From a virus (lineage: Duplodnaviria > Heunggongvirae > Uroviricota > Caudoviricetes): DNA of 64,000 bases. The position numbers were made by a program, and so were the translations under genes. Under the pieces are notes generated by a model. That model was not told the DNA's origin. It did not search any database and saw only the letters and a list, made by a program, of their open reading frames with translations. Positions 9,221 through 17,823 of this stretch are shown here, piece after piece. Position 1 is the stretch's first letter, and each line of letters begins with the position of its first letter. The DNA is taken from positions 21,621 through 85,620 of the IMG/VR virus record IMGVR_UViG_3300046692_000144; one strand, given 5' to 3'.

Positions 9221-9481
9221 ATGCGATTAATAGAAACGTTGAAGCGCCACCTACTTGGCAAGGCGGTAGGTAACGATCTTTGGCTTTCCCTCGCCGGAGT
9301 AAGTTATCAAATCACGGAGGTAATTCCAGGTGGTATTCGGTACCGGCATCTTGGGTCTTCCAGCACAGGAGTCTTGGATGAAGGCACCTATAAGAACCTG
9401 CACATCCAAACTGTGAAGATAGAGAATTCTAACAAAGTTCTCGAACGTGGACGCATCCACCTCTACTGTAGGTATAAATGA
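9221..9481 (+). CDS. small-protein paralogue family A, member 4
   Basis: MRLIETLKRHLLGK...; C-terminus IHLYCRYK. Confidence 0.45.
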   Translation: MRLIETLKRHLLGKAVGNDLWLSLAGVSYQITEVIPGGIRYRHLGSSSTGVLDEGTYKNLHIQTVKIENSNKVLERGRIHLYCRYK

Positions 9482-9741
9482 GTATGGACTTCGTTAGCAC
9501 GTTGGTGCGTCTTTTCGATGGCCTTGGTAGTCCTGAGGGGCTATCTTTCAAGTATGGAGATAGGAGTTACCCCATAGAGGAAGTAGGTGCTGACTTTATA
9601 AAGTATCGGACTGATTACAACGTAGAAGTGTTGTATGCAAAAGCGACAAGCTACAGGTACTACATACGTGGTGTCCGCATCCGTGGAAGCAGCTTGATCC
9701 ATGGAAAAAGAAGAATCGTTATAGATATAGGGAGTGGATGA
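9478..9741 (+). CDS. small-protein paralogue family A, member 5
   Basis: MSMDFVSTLVRLFDGLG...; C-terminus RRIVIDIGSG. Confidence 0.5.
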   Translation: MSMDFVSTLVRLFDGLGSPEGLSFKYGDRSYPIEEVGADFIKYRTDYNVEVLYAKATSYRYYIRGVRIRGSSLIHGKRRIVIDIGSG

Positions 9742-9999
9742 ATGTACTTTGCAACGATGATGGTGAAACTGTTCTCGAACCAGAGTATGCCTCGTGGTGT
9801 TTACTTCAAGTACTCTCGTCGGTACTACTTGATAACCGGTGTTGAGGGTAGCCAAGTTGACTACCTGTCTGATGACGGGGGTTCTGGATCACTGACTGCT
9901 GGCCGCTCTGATTACCGTGTTCGATCAGTGACCACAGAGGGTAGCCGTTTCCTCCCATCTAAGCGACGTGTCGTGATTGATATCGGAGGTAACAGTTGA
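9742..9999 (+). CDS. small-protein paralogue family A, member 6
   Basis: MYFATMMVKLFSNQSMPRGVYFKY...; C-terminus RRVVIDIGGNS. Confidence 0.5.
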   Translation: MYFATMMVKLFSNQSMPRGVYFKYSRRYYLITGVEGSQVDYLSDDGGSGSLTAGRSDYRVRSVTTEGSRFLPSKRRVVIDIGGNS

Positions 10000-10259
10000 T
10001 GGACTTCGCACGAACGATGATCAAGCTATTCGCCAACAAGGATATTCCCAACGGGGTCTACTTCAAATACGGTCGTAGGCTTTACAAGATCCACATGGTT
10101 ACCAACCTAAGAATTCACTACCATACGGATACTGGGACACCTGCCTCGTTAGAGGTCGCCCGAAATACTGCGTATAGCATACGTTCAGTTATCACCGAAG
10201 GGAGCCGTCTGATTAAGAACTCTTCAAAAACGATAATCGATATCGGTGGAGCGGCCTAG
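9996..10259 (+). CDS. small-protein paralogue family A, member 7
   Basis: MMDFARTMIKLFANKDIPNGVYFKY...; C-terminus KTIIDIGGAA. Confidence 0.5.
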   Translation: MMDFARTMIKLFANKDIPNGVYFKYGRRLYKIHMVTNLRIHYHTDTGTPASLEVARNTAYSIRSVITEGSRLIKNSSKTIIDIGGAA

Positions 10260-10510
10260 TGGACTTCGTAACTACGATGGTGGAGAGGTTTGGTAGCAGG
10301 GCGTTAGACGCTCCGGTAAGCTTCGAGTACCGGGGAGTAGATTACCCAATACTATCGGTGAATAAGGATCGGTTGAAGTATCGTTTTTCGGATGGCGATG
10401 AGGATACTTTATCCGTAGTCGCACACAAAGGGCTCTTCACCGTGACCGATATCATACTGAAGGGCAGTCGTTTGGTTTGTAGAGCGGTACTATTCAAAGT
10501 AGAGGCTTAA
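10259..10510 (+). CDS. small-protein paralogue family A, member 8 (GTG start)
   Basis: (V)DFVTTMVERFGSRALDAPVSFEY... Confidence 0.45.
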   Translation: MDFVTTMVERFGSRALDAPVSFEYRGVDYPILSVNKDRLKYRFSDGDEDTLSVVAHKGLFTVTDIILKGSRLVCRAVLFKVEA

Positions 10511-10512
10511 TA

Positions 10513-10830
10513 ATGAGCAAAGACGTAATTGATCTTCTTCGGTACGTAGCCTTGACTGAGCTTGAGGCAAACCCAGAGAACGACCCTCTTAAGCAGCAGT
10601 TACTGATCATGGACAGTACCGAAGGAAACATATCCAGGGTGTACAAGCTCCTTGGTCGTTACGAGCATCCAGTCATCACTAACAAGATCTGGACTGACGC
10701 AGTGGCTAGCGGAGATACCACCACTGGCTACTGGGACTGGGTATTCCACGTTCTGACCACCGACGACACCCATGCAGCCTTCATCGACCGAGCCATGCAG
10801 GCAAGGATCGAACTAATCTCCAAAACCTAA
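10513..10830 (+). CDS. hypothetical protein
   Basis: 105-aa ORF followed by a terminator. Confidence 0.4.
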   Translation: MSKDVIDLLRYVALTELEANPENDPLKQQLLIMDSTEGNISRVYKLLGRYEHPVITNKIWTDAVASGDTTTGYWDWVFHVLTTDDTHAAFIDRAMQARIELISKT

Positions 10831-10834
10831 GAAC

Positions 10835-10859
10835 GGGCCCAGTCAGGGCCTTTCTTTTA
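10835..10859 (+). terminator. rho-independent terminator
   Basis: GGGCCC-AGUCA-GGGCC followed by TTTCTTTT. Confidence 0.55.
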
Positions 10860-10874
10860 CGTATCCTAAAAAAC

Positions 10875-10890
10875 ACGGGTATAAGGGAAG
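10875..10890 (+). promoter_or_regulatory. promoter-like motif ACGGGTATAAGGGAAG
   Basis: Second variant of the GGTATAA[CG] motif. Follows a terminator and precedes gene 10922. A near-identical copy is at 37574. Confidence 0.35.
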
Positions 10891-10921
10891 TAATGAACCT
10901 CTATTGTTTAGGTAGAATGCT

Positions 10922-11239
10922 ATGAGGATGACCGAGGTACTAAGTAGATTGCGTAAGGAAGGGATACAAGGCCCTACCACAACTCTTCTGTTACAGCTTG
11001 ACGTCGTACATGGGGATAATCCTGCGGGGTACGTGGAGACTATGGAGGTTCTCAAAATAGATTCGGATAACACGATAGAGTGGCGTGCTTTAGAAGTGGG
11101 CTTAGTAATAGACACGGGGAGAGCATCTCCTTCTTATTCAGCTAACTGCCACGTTAAAAAAGTGTCATTTCGACGAAGCCTGGTTAAAGCGAGTGCTTTG
11201 AATTTCTTTTGTGAGTATCGGTACAATACGGAGTTCTAA
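10922..11239 (+). CDS. hypothetical protein
   Basis: ORF. Confidence 0.35.
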   Translation: MRMTEVLSRLRKEGIQGPTTTLLLQLDVVHGDNPAGYVETMEVLKIDSDNTIEWRALEVGLVIDTGRASPSYSANCHVKKVSFRRSLVKASALNFFCEYRYNTEF

Positions 11240-11241
11240 AC

Positions 11242-11772
11242 ATGAAACACGTTAAAGGCGATTTGATCCTAGGCTTCAGCGAAGGTGACTTCGACGTAAT
11301 CGTCCACGGTTGTAACTGTGGTAATAACATGGGCGATGGCATTGCCAGGACTATCAAGGAGAAATACCCGGAAGCTTACGAGGCGGATTGCCGTACGGTT
11401 CGTTTCGACAAAACGAAGTTGGGGACGTACACCCACGCAGATATCTACCGGGATCTCCGAAACTCAGACGGTGTTCGTCGTGGAGTCTTTTTAGGTACGA
11501 TCATCAATGCCTATACCCAGTTCCACTGGTACGGCAAGGGTGTTCTCTGTGACTACGATGCGTTGCGATCTGTGTTCAGGCAGTTGAAGCCGGACTACGG
11601 TAATCAAGGCAAGTCCTTCGGTGTGCCTGCGATTGGAGCTGCTCGTGCTGGCGGTGACTGGCGGATCATTTCTGCAATCATCGACGAAGAGCTGGAAGGC
11701 GAGGAAGTGATCTTCGTTGAGTACAACGGTGTTGACGCTGTTCGTGGTGATTACAAGAGGAATATGAGATGA
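11242..11772 (+). CDS. macro-domain-like protein (putative ADP-ribose binding or processing)
   Basis: VIVHGCNCGNNMGDGIARTIKEKYPEA fits the macro-domain signature N-x-x-N-x-x-(L/M)-G-x-G-(V/I)-A-x-x-I. A second Gly-rich motif GVPAIGAARAGGDW follows. No search was run. Confidence 0.4.
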   Translation: MKHVKGDLILGFSEGDFDVIVHGCNCGNNMGDGIARTIKEKYPEAYEADCRTVRFDKTKLGTYTHADIYRDLRNSDGVRRGVFLGTIINAYTQFHWYGKGVLCDYDALRSVFRQLKPDYGNQGKSFGVPAIGAARAGGDWRIISAIIDEELEGEEVIFVEYNGVDAVRGDYKRNMR

Positions 11773-12185
11773 GTGAGCTACAAGAGAAGGGTGCTTTGAT
11801 GACTTTTCTGTCTAAGTTTGTACAGCCTAAGACAGAGGTTTCTACCTACGGTACGCGAGTTATTGCTCGTAAGCAGAGCACGGTGGACCGCTTAGTTTTT
11901 CTCGACGATCATGACCCGTTTGACGTTGCGCTAGTGAAGATGAAGCTGGACAAGATGTTCCGCAGTTCATTCTTCAGTATTTGCGAGGTAACGGAGGCGG
12001 TTGATTTCCTCAAGTTATCCACAGTTGACACTAAGCACACTCTGAACCGTCTTCGACTGCTTCACTGCACTCATTGGTACGGCATGGACAAGAACTTGAA
12101 GGAGTTGATCCCAGAGATGATCTCTGAGATTCTTACCGAAGGTGCTTACGTTTCCGTCCCGTCCGGGGTGGTATCAACGCAATAG
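11769..12185 (+). CDS. hypothetical protein
   Basis: ORF with ATGA coupling. Confidence 0.4.
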   Translation: MSELQEKGALMTFLSKFVQPKTEVSTYGTRVIARKQSTVDRLVFLDDHDPFDVALVKMKLDKMFRSSFFSICEVTEAVDFLKLSTVDTKHTLNRLRLLHCTHWYGMDKNLKELIPEMISEILTEGAYVSVPSGVVSTQ

Positions 12186-12192
12186 GTGAGAT

Positions 12193-12519
12193 ATGAGGAA
12201 GTCATTGGTCAATGGTTACGACTTAAGGATTCTAGATGGTAAGGTGAAAAGAGTCGTTAGGGTCGGTATCGTTACGGACGGGGCTCGTAAGAGTGGGTGG
12301 ACTAGGGTTGGAGCCCTCACCTCTCAATGGGGATCTGCGAATGATCTATGTGTCCAGGAAGAGTTTGTACAATTCCCAGTCATGTACCCTAACGTACCGT
12401 CCGTTGTTCAGGTAAGTACGGGGTACATTTCCGATATAACTCGTTACGGATTCCGATGGATTCGTGAACTTAGCCTTGAGCCCTCTCTCTGGTTTTCCGC
12501 AGGGTTATCGCCAAGTTAA
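12193..12519 (+). CDS. hypothetical protein
   Basis: ORF. Confidence 0.35.
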   Translation: MRKSLVNGYDLRILDGKVKRVVRVGIVTDGARKSGWTRVGALTSQWGSANDLCVQEEFVQFPVMYPNVPSVVQVSTGYISDITRYGFRWIRELSLEPSLWFSAGLSPS

Positions 12520-12549
12520 TATCCAACCAATCGCAACGGAGAACCGCGA

Positions 12550-12777
12550 ATGAGTTGGAAAAAAACCAGATATTGCTACTGTGGTAATTGCCGGTTTCAC
12601 AATCAGGCAGAGAAGGGCTGGGAGTCATGCCCGGATGAATCGAATCCTGAACGTGGTAAGGGTAGCTGGCTGTGGATCAAGGTGATATCCTCTGGTGATC
12701 ATGAAGGCGAAGACCGTGCTTATCTAAAAGTGCAGTTGAAGTCTCAAGTCATCGAGGATGTTGGAAGTGACCACTGA
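12550..12777 (+). CDS. small Cys-rich (zinc-ribbon-like) protein
   Basis: CYCGNC...SCPDE. Confidence 0.35.
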   Translation: MSWKKTRYCYCGNCRFHNQAEKGWESCPDESNPERGKGSWLWIKVISSGDHEGEDRAYLKVQLKSQVIEDVGSDH

Positions 12778-13276
12778 AACGTACCACTATGGCTGTGACC
12801 CCGCTTGGCGAACTCACACAGTCACCATCCTGAACCAAGATCATAAAGTTATGTGGTCGAAGGTAATGGACTTGTCTGTCGGTGGGTTTTCGAAGTCTCT
12901 TGACCAGATCCCCATGGAGCAGTACCCCCCTAAGACTATCGTTTTTGAGCGATACGTCTCCTACGCTGGCAAAGCAAACAAATATTCCGAGTACATCCTT
13001 ATGGCTCTTGGTGCTACCATGGACCGAACGAGGATGGCTGAGCAATTCTTTTTCAGAGCGCTTGATTGGAAGACTGCCTTGGTTAAGAGGGAGTTCCGGG
13101 AGAGAGGCTTTGTCAACGAAAGTACTCGGATGGACAAGAAGTTCAGCAAAGCAATGGCATTACACTTGACCGGTCACAAGTTCAAAACTGACCATGAAGC
13201 AGATGCTGCGTGTTTAGCAGCCATAGGAATAAGAAGTGGACCAGGCCTTAGATCCGCCCCTTTTGAAACCGCCTAA
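12758..13276 (+). CDS. RuvC-like Holliday-junction resolvase
   Basis: N-terminal YGCDPAWRTHTVTIL resembles the RuvC ILGIDPG...G motif. C-terminal HEADAACLAAIG resembles RuvC ADAADALAIA. Confidence 0.5.
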   Translation: MLEVTTETYHYGCDPAWRTHTVTILNQDHKVMWSKVMDLSVGGFSKSLDQIPMEQYPPKTIVFERYVSYAGKANKYSEYILMALGATMDRTRMAEQFFFRALDWKTALVKREFRERGFVNESTRMDKKFSKAMALHLTGHKFKTDHEADAACLAAIGIRSGPGLRSAPFETA

Positions 13277-14129
13277 GAAGATTTTCTTCGGCTCAGATTT
13301 CCATTATGAGCGCTTTGGCAATCAATATGCCCCAGCTATGACCAAGGACTATATTCCGGAAGATGCTCCTTTCGACTATCTGATCCTTGCGGGCGACATG
13401 ACTCATACCCTCCACGTACCCGGACTCCTCAAAGCAGTTCGTGAGTACAGCGGTGTTCCTGTCTTCTACACACCAGGCAACCATGAGTTCTGGGATGGTG
13501 TCAAGCATCACTGGAACATGGACGAACAAGTCCAATACATGCGGGAGGGCTTGGCAAAGGTCGAGGGAGTTACCTTCCTTTACAACGAAGGCATGGACAT
13601 TCCCGACACCAACTACTCGATCTTCATGTCTCCGTGGTTCACCAACCTCGTTAAGTACGAAGATTACGACGCAGACGGTAACGTCTTCCAAGTACCTCAG
13701 TCTGAGATCCAGAAGTGCATCGGGGATTACCACCGTAGCCGAGTCAATGGATTCATGTTGACTGCTGAAGATCACATCAAGATGAATCAGGAGGCAGTGT
13801 CTGCGTTGGAGACCTGGCTTGAGAGAGACGTTCTTAGTAAGGGCCGTATCCCGATCATCGTTACTCACTTTGGTCCGTCACGTCGTAGTGCTCATCGAGA
13901 CTTCCCTCAGCGGGATATCGTTGCAGCTTACTTCAATACCGACTATCTTGACGACGGTGGTCCGGGCTACATCTGGCCTAAGGGCTCTACCTGGATTCAC
14001 GGTCACACCCATCAGAACGTCGATTATATGATCGGGGATATGCGGGTGGTCACCAACCAGTACGGTTACAAAGGCGAGTCGAGCACTAACGACTCTTTCG
14101 AATTCATGAAGCACATAGAGGTTAGGTAA
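13236..14129 (+). CDS. calcineurin-like metallophosphoesterase
   Basis: Motifs LILAGDMTH, GNHEFWDG, IVTHFGP, HGHTHQ. Confidence 0.7.
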   Translation: MDQALDPPLLKPPKKIFFGSDFHYERFGNQYAPAMTKDYIPEDAPFDYLILAGDMTHTLHVPGLLKAVREYSGVPVFYTPGNHEFWDGVKHHWNMDEQVQYMREGLAKVEGVTFLYNEGMDIPDTNYSIFMSPWFTNLVKYEDYDADGNVFQVPQSEIQKCIGDYHRSRVNGFMLTAEDHIKMNQEAVSALETWLERDVLSKGRIPIIVTHFGPSRRSAHRDFPQRDIVAAYFNTDYLDDGGPGYIWPKGSTWIHGHTHQNVDYMIGDMRVVTNQYGYKGESSTNDSFEFMKHIEVR

Positions 14130-14461
14130 TGGGTATGGCTAGTTGGTGGGCAGGCAAGTTTGGCAAGAAAGAGAAGCAGAAGAACAAAGATAAGAAGTCG
14201 CAGCAGTACTTCAACAATTCTGTTTCGTCTCACGTCCAGGCTCGTAACGAAGTTGCGTCTGAGTACAGCACGGCTATCGCCAAGCTTAAGCAGAAGCTAT
14301 CTCCGGAAGAGCGTTACCGTAACCTGGTAATCACCTACCGGTCAGGGCGTGATCTTCTCGTAGTTCCGGAAGCCTGGATGGGCCGGGACATTATCGTCAA
14401 CTGCACTTGCCGCAAGATCTACGTGGATACTCCACTCCCAGCAATCGTGAGGACTCGATAA
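14129..14461 (+). CDS. hypothetical Lys-rich protein
   Basis: ORF. Confidence 0.35.
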   Translation: MGMASWWAGKFGKKEKQKNKDKKSQQYFNNSVSSHVQARNEVASEYSTAIAKLKQKLSPEERYRNLVITYRSGRDLLVVPEAWMGRDIIVNCTCRKIYVDTPLPAIVRTR

Positions 14462-14709
14462 TGACACATGTTACCAAGATCAAAATCTCGTTAGAAGTGA
14501 GCATGCATCACAGTGCTCCTGACGAAGTCAAATCTGACGAAGAAGTAAAAGAGGGTGTCAAGCAAGGTCTTGAAGATATGTTAGGGTGGGGTAGCCTCCC
14601 CGAGGATATAAAGCTCGATGCGTATTTCTGCGAAGTGAGTACCTCTGAAAAGGAGCCAGGCAATGGTGAAGTATCCACTCTCAACGGAGGTGTAGACCAA
14701 TGCGTGTAG
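14461..14709 (+). CDS. hypothetical acidic protein
   Basis: ATG overlapping the upstream stop (TAATG). Confidence 0.35.
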   Translation: MTHVTKIKISLEVSMHHSAPDEVKSDEEVKEGVKQGLEDMLGWGSLPEDIKLDAYFCEVSTSEKEPGNGEVSTLNGGVDQCV

Positions 14710-14818
14710 TTCTGCACATCCAGGATGATGGCCTGGAAGAGGAGGAGCTCCTAGAACTGATTGAAGAGACGTTGGCCGAAGAGGGCATCGTTGCTGTTGC
14801 CCACATGGAGGAAGACGA

Positions 14819-15166
14819 ATGAAGATCGTACTTGATGTCCCTGACGTCCATGACGACTCAGGTAAGGACATGTTTGATTTCGTAGGGGAGCTGTGTGATA
14901 AGTATGAAATCGCAGCAACTATGTCGGTTATCCCTGAACCTGCGAAACCGGCTGCTCCACCTGCTTACCTGGACTTCTGTCTGACTTTCACCGGGACCGT
15001 TGGTATCGGTAAGGCGGAGGAAGGCGAGTGGGTCCATAACCGATACTCTTTGGGGACCACGTTGGAGTCCTTGATCCAGCGGGCGATTGATAACGGGGCT
15101 ATCACCACAGATAGTAACTCAGAGCTGCTACGGCACAACTTCAATACAACTGTAAAAGTTCTCTGA
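14819..15166 (+). CDS. hypothetical protein
   Basis: ORF. Confidence 0.4.
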   Translation: MKIVLDVPDVHDDSGKDMFDFVGELCDKYEIAATMSVIPEPAKPAAPPAYLDFCLTFTGTVGIGKAEEGEWVHNRYSLGTTLESLIQRAIDNGAITTDSNSELLRHNFNTTVKVL

Positions 15167-15186
15167 TCCTCAAAGATTCATAACAC

Positions 15187-15203
15187 TGGTATAACAGTAG
15201 TGC
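15187..15203 (+). promoter_or_regulatory. promoter-like motif CTGGTATAACAGTAGTG
   Basis: Extended -10 TGGTATAAC. Immediately followed by a hairpin/U-run (15204-15230). Confidence 0.4.
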
Positions 15204-15230
15204 GGAGCCTATACGGCTCCGTTTGTTTTT
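15204..15230 (+). terminator. hairpin GGAGCC-UAUAC-GGCUCC + GUUUGUUUUU (terminator or attenuator directly after the promoter motif)
   Basis: Direct reading. Confidence 0.45.
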
Positions 15231-15495
15231 CCACTCCCTGAGACATAGAAAAATGACTAAGATCGATCCCCATTTCCACCTGAACATTTTGGGTAGCGCA
15301 CGTCTCAAAGTTAAGGTCCTCCCACATCTGCGTGGTTACACGGTGGGTACCTGGCTTAAGCACAATGGCATCACTTGCAACCCACGCAAGGTAGAAACCC
15401 CGAGTGATTGGCGTATCTCCTACGGTGTACTTCGTCGGTTTGCCAACGCTCTGGGTACGTCGGTCGATAGTTTGTACAAAGAGTTAACCAAGTAG
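15223..15495 (+). CDS. hypothetical protein
   Basis: ORF. Confidence 0.35.
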   Translation: MFFHSLRHRKMTKIDPHFHLNILGSARLKVKVLPHLRGYTVGTWLKHNGITCNPRKVETPSDWRISYGVLRRFANALGTSVDSLYKELTK

Positions 15496-15603
15496 TACCG
15501 TTGTAGAAGCTGTTTAGTATTAATGTAAAAGGGTGGAGTTACTCTGCCCGCTTCTTATCCAATCCGAAGGTTGGTTTGGGCCGCCGCGACGAGTAAACAG
15601 CGA

Positions 15604-15951
15604 ATGAGCATAATTACGTACGACAGACTGACTGGGGAGAAGCACCGGGATACGCTTAGACGTTCTCTTGGTGAGATCCTTTTAGGCCTAGCAGGTGCAA
15701 ACAACGTTAACCAAAGTGATCTGGCCACCGTCCTGCATACTACTCAGCCGAGGATAAGTGACCTGATGAAGGGTCACTACGAGAAGTTCTCATCTGACTG
15801 GTTGTTCGAACGGATCAGCATGATTGGTTACGTCCCGTTGATCTCCTACGACACTAACAAAGGTTGGCAGGGTGGGGAATTGGCGATTCAACTCCGAAAT
15901 ATGGGTGAGCAGTTCTCCCTGCCTGATAGTGAGTTCCCCTGTGAAAGCTAG
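15604..15951 (+). CDS. XRE-family helix-turn-helix transcriptional regulator
   Basis: NQSDLATVLHTTQPRISDLMKG is a classic HTH_3 motif. Confidence 0.55.
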   Translation: MSIITYDRLTGEKHRDTLRRSLGEILLGLAGANNVNQSDLATVLHTTQPRISDLMKGHYEKFSSDWLFERISMIGYVPLISYDTNKGWQGGELAIQLRNMGEQFSLPDSEFPCES

Positions 15952-16129
15952 CCTCGAAGAAGCACAGAAGTTAATCAACAAGTACTACGAAAACAAGAAC
16001 CCGACCGAGCGGTTGGGGCAATTTCTATTGAACAACATGAAGGAGGTAGTTGACTCCGAGTTGTACTACGAGGAGTGTCCTCGGGTTGCCCTTCATCTGT
16101 TCATGGATCGTTACGTAGAGACCTGTTAA
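15941..16129 (+). CDS. hypothetical protein (GTG start)
   Basis: ORF overlapping the upstream stop. Confidence 0.3.
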   Translation: MKASLEEAQKLINKYYENKNPTERLGQFLLNNMKEVVDSELYYEECPRVALHLFMDRYVETC

Positions 16130-16160
16130 TATCATCTAACAACCCATTAGGAGATATGCA

Positions 16161-16304
16161 TGAAACGTGAAGAGTACGAGGGCTTTGGCCCAATCGGTGT
16201 TGGCGAAGGTATCGGCAGTCAAGAAATTGGCACCGGTGTTGGCGAAGGTATCGGCTGCGAAGAAATTGGCACCGGTGCAGGTAGAGAGGAGGAGTGGATT
16301 TGAA
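16161..16304 (+). CDS. small repeat-containing peptide (47 aa) built on a 42-bp tandem duplication
   Basis: GVGEGIGSQEIGTG / GVGEGIGCEEIGTG encoded by the direct repeat ggtgttggcgaaggtatcggc...gaaattggcaccggt appearing twice. Confidence 0.3.
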
Positions 16305-16362
16305 ACGTGAAATCGACTCAGGCCTCTTCGACGAGATGCCAGACATCTAAGCAACAATCAAA

Positions 16363-16390
16363 CCCCGGCTAACTACCGGGGTTTTCTTTT
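16363..16390 (+). terminator. rho-independent terminator
   Basis: CCCCGG-CUAACUA-CCGGGG followed by TTTTCTTTT. Confidence 0.6.
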
Positions 16391-16409
16391 ACCCAATCGG
16401 AGAAATCCA

Positions 16410-16832
16410 ATGACTACCTATAGCATCAACATCGACTACACCACTGGAGATAGCTTCGGTTCTGAACGACAGTTTCGCGAAGTAGGAATGAACTGGCAGA
16501 GTTTGGACCAAGCCAAGAAAGCCTTGGTTTGTATCCAGGAACACTATGCGGCTTACAAGAAATGTAACTCGGCTAACTCCTCTTCATGGTACCGAGAGAA
16601 TGAACCGTTCGAGCTCTCGGACATCTCAGACAAGTCCTGGTATCACGGCCCACTTGATGCGGATAGCTGGCCAGACGCTTGGCAGCATACGGTAGTCATC
16701 GAGAAAGATGATGGAGTTGATTTCGCCATCGCTGCGTTCTGGGTCGGGTACTTCGAGACTCTCCACATGGCCGAAGTTTGTATCGCAGCAGACTCCGAGA
16801 AAGAAAATGACGATATGAGAATTTATTTCTAG
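16410..16832 (+). CDS. hypothetical protein
   Basis: 140-aa ORF. Confidence 0.45.
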   Translation: MTTYSINIDYTTGDSFGSERQFREVGMNWQSLDQAKKALVCIQEHYAAYKKCNSANSSSWYRENEPFELSDISDKSWYHGPLDADSWPDAWQHTVVIEKDDGVDFAIAAFWVGYFETLHMAEVCIAADSEKENDDMRIYF

Positions 16833-16965
16833 ACAAACTGAAAACGCGTGTTAATATTCTCTCACACCCGCTCTAGTGAACTACCGCAGCGTACGGGTAC
16901 CCTCTGAGATAGTACGTGGTTTTACTCAGAGTTCGGTGAGACGGTAGTTTACTGGGGAGGACCAT

Positions 16966-17050
16966 GCGGATATGGTGGAATCGACAGACACGAAAGGCTT
17001 AGGTCCTTTTGCCGAAAGGCGTGAGAGTTTGAATCTCTCTTTCCGCACCA
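16966..17050 (+). tRNA. tRNA-Leu (anticodon TAG), class II with long variable arm, CCA encoded
   Basis: Acceptor GCGGATA / TTTCCGC, anticodon arm AAAGG-CTTAGGT-CCTTT, variable hairpin GCC-GAAA-GGC, T-arm GAGAG-TTTGAAT-CTCTC, ACCA. Confidence 0.7.
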
Positions 17051-17145
17051 GTTATAAGGCAAGAGTGAAAGCCGGACTCTGAGAAGTAAATCCGAGAGGG
17101 AGACAGATATAAACCTCTACGAACGTTTCTCTTGCTTTGTTTTAC

Positions 17146-17227
17146 GGAGAGTTGGCAGATTGGGAATGCGCGGCGCTGTAAACGCTGTTCGAAAGTAGAA
17201 GTGGTTCGATTCCATTACTCTCCACCA
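17146..17227 (+). tRNA. tRNA-Tyr (anticodon GTA), long variable arm, CCA encoded
   Basis: Acceptor GGAGAGT / ACTCTCC, anticodon arm CGGCG-CTGTAAA-CGCTG, T-arm AGTGG-TTCGATT-CCATT, ACCA. Confidence 0.7.
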
Positions 17228-17232
17228 TATAT

Positions 17233-17318
17233 TCCGGGATAGGCAAATTGGCAACCCCACTTGGCTGTTAACCAAGCGTTTAATTACACTGCTGGTTCGA
17301 CCCCAGCTCCCGGAGCCA
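17233..17318 (+). tRNA. tRNA-Asn-like (anticodon GTT) with unusually long variable region (about 14 nt)
   Basis: Acceptor TCCGGGA / TCCCGGA, discriminator G, CCA. Anticodon arm CTTGG-CTGTTAA-CCAAG. T-arm GCTGG-TTCGACC-CCAGC. The D region is irregular. Confidence 0.55.
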
Positions 17319-17338
17319 TTTAACTAAGAGCACAGTAC

Positions 17339-17593
17339 ATGACTGAAATAGTATTTGCTTTTAACGCAATATCGAGTAGTTCTGACCGCTACCTCGGTAC
17401 CTGCAGAGTAAAAGACGGAGACAGTATCTTCGGAGCTTTGCAGGACGCACTAAAAGAAGCAACCGGTGAAGAGTACGCTTACTTGGAATCGGTAGACTTG
17501 TACACTGACAACCTTGAGTACCAAGATCAGTGCAGAGGTTTTGTTTCTCTTCTTGTGAAGGACTTCCAACGAGCCTACGAGTTAGAACAATGA
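17339..17593 (+). CDS. hypothetical protein
   Basis: ORF. Confidence 0.4.
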   Translation: MTEIVFAFNAISSSSDRYLGTCRVKDGDSIFGALQDALKEATGEEYAYLESVDLYTDNLEYQDQCRGFVSLLVKDFQRAYELEQ

Positions 17594-17823
17594 AACTCAC
17601 AATGATCCCTATGGATCAAAACAACCGTATGTTCCGACCCATTGCCATTGGCCTTAACGAAGGTCGTCTGTTCGTAAGAACTGATTGGTGGTGGGTCGGG
17701 TTTCGCTGTACCCCCGATGGAAAAGTTAGGGCATTCATATGTCAACTGAAAGCAACTCCGTTCGCCTCGCTCGTATCGAGCTTGAGCTTCTTGAAAAACA
17801 AGCTGAAGACCCTTCTGACCTAG
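17590..17823 (+). CDS. hypothetical protein
   Basis: ATGA-coupled ORF. Overlaps the next gene by about 85 nt in another frame. Confidence 0.3.
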   Translation: MKLTMIPMDQNNRMFRPIAIGLNEGRLFVRTDWWWVGFRCTPDGKVRAFICQLKATPFASLVSSLSFLKNKLKTLLT

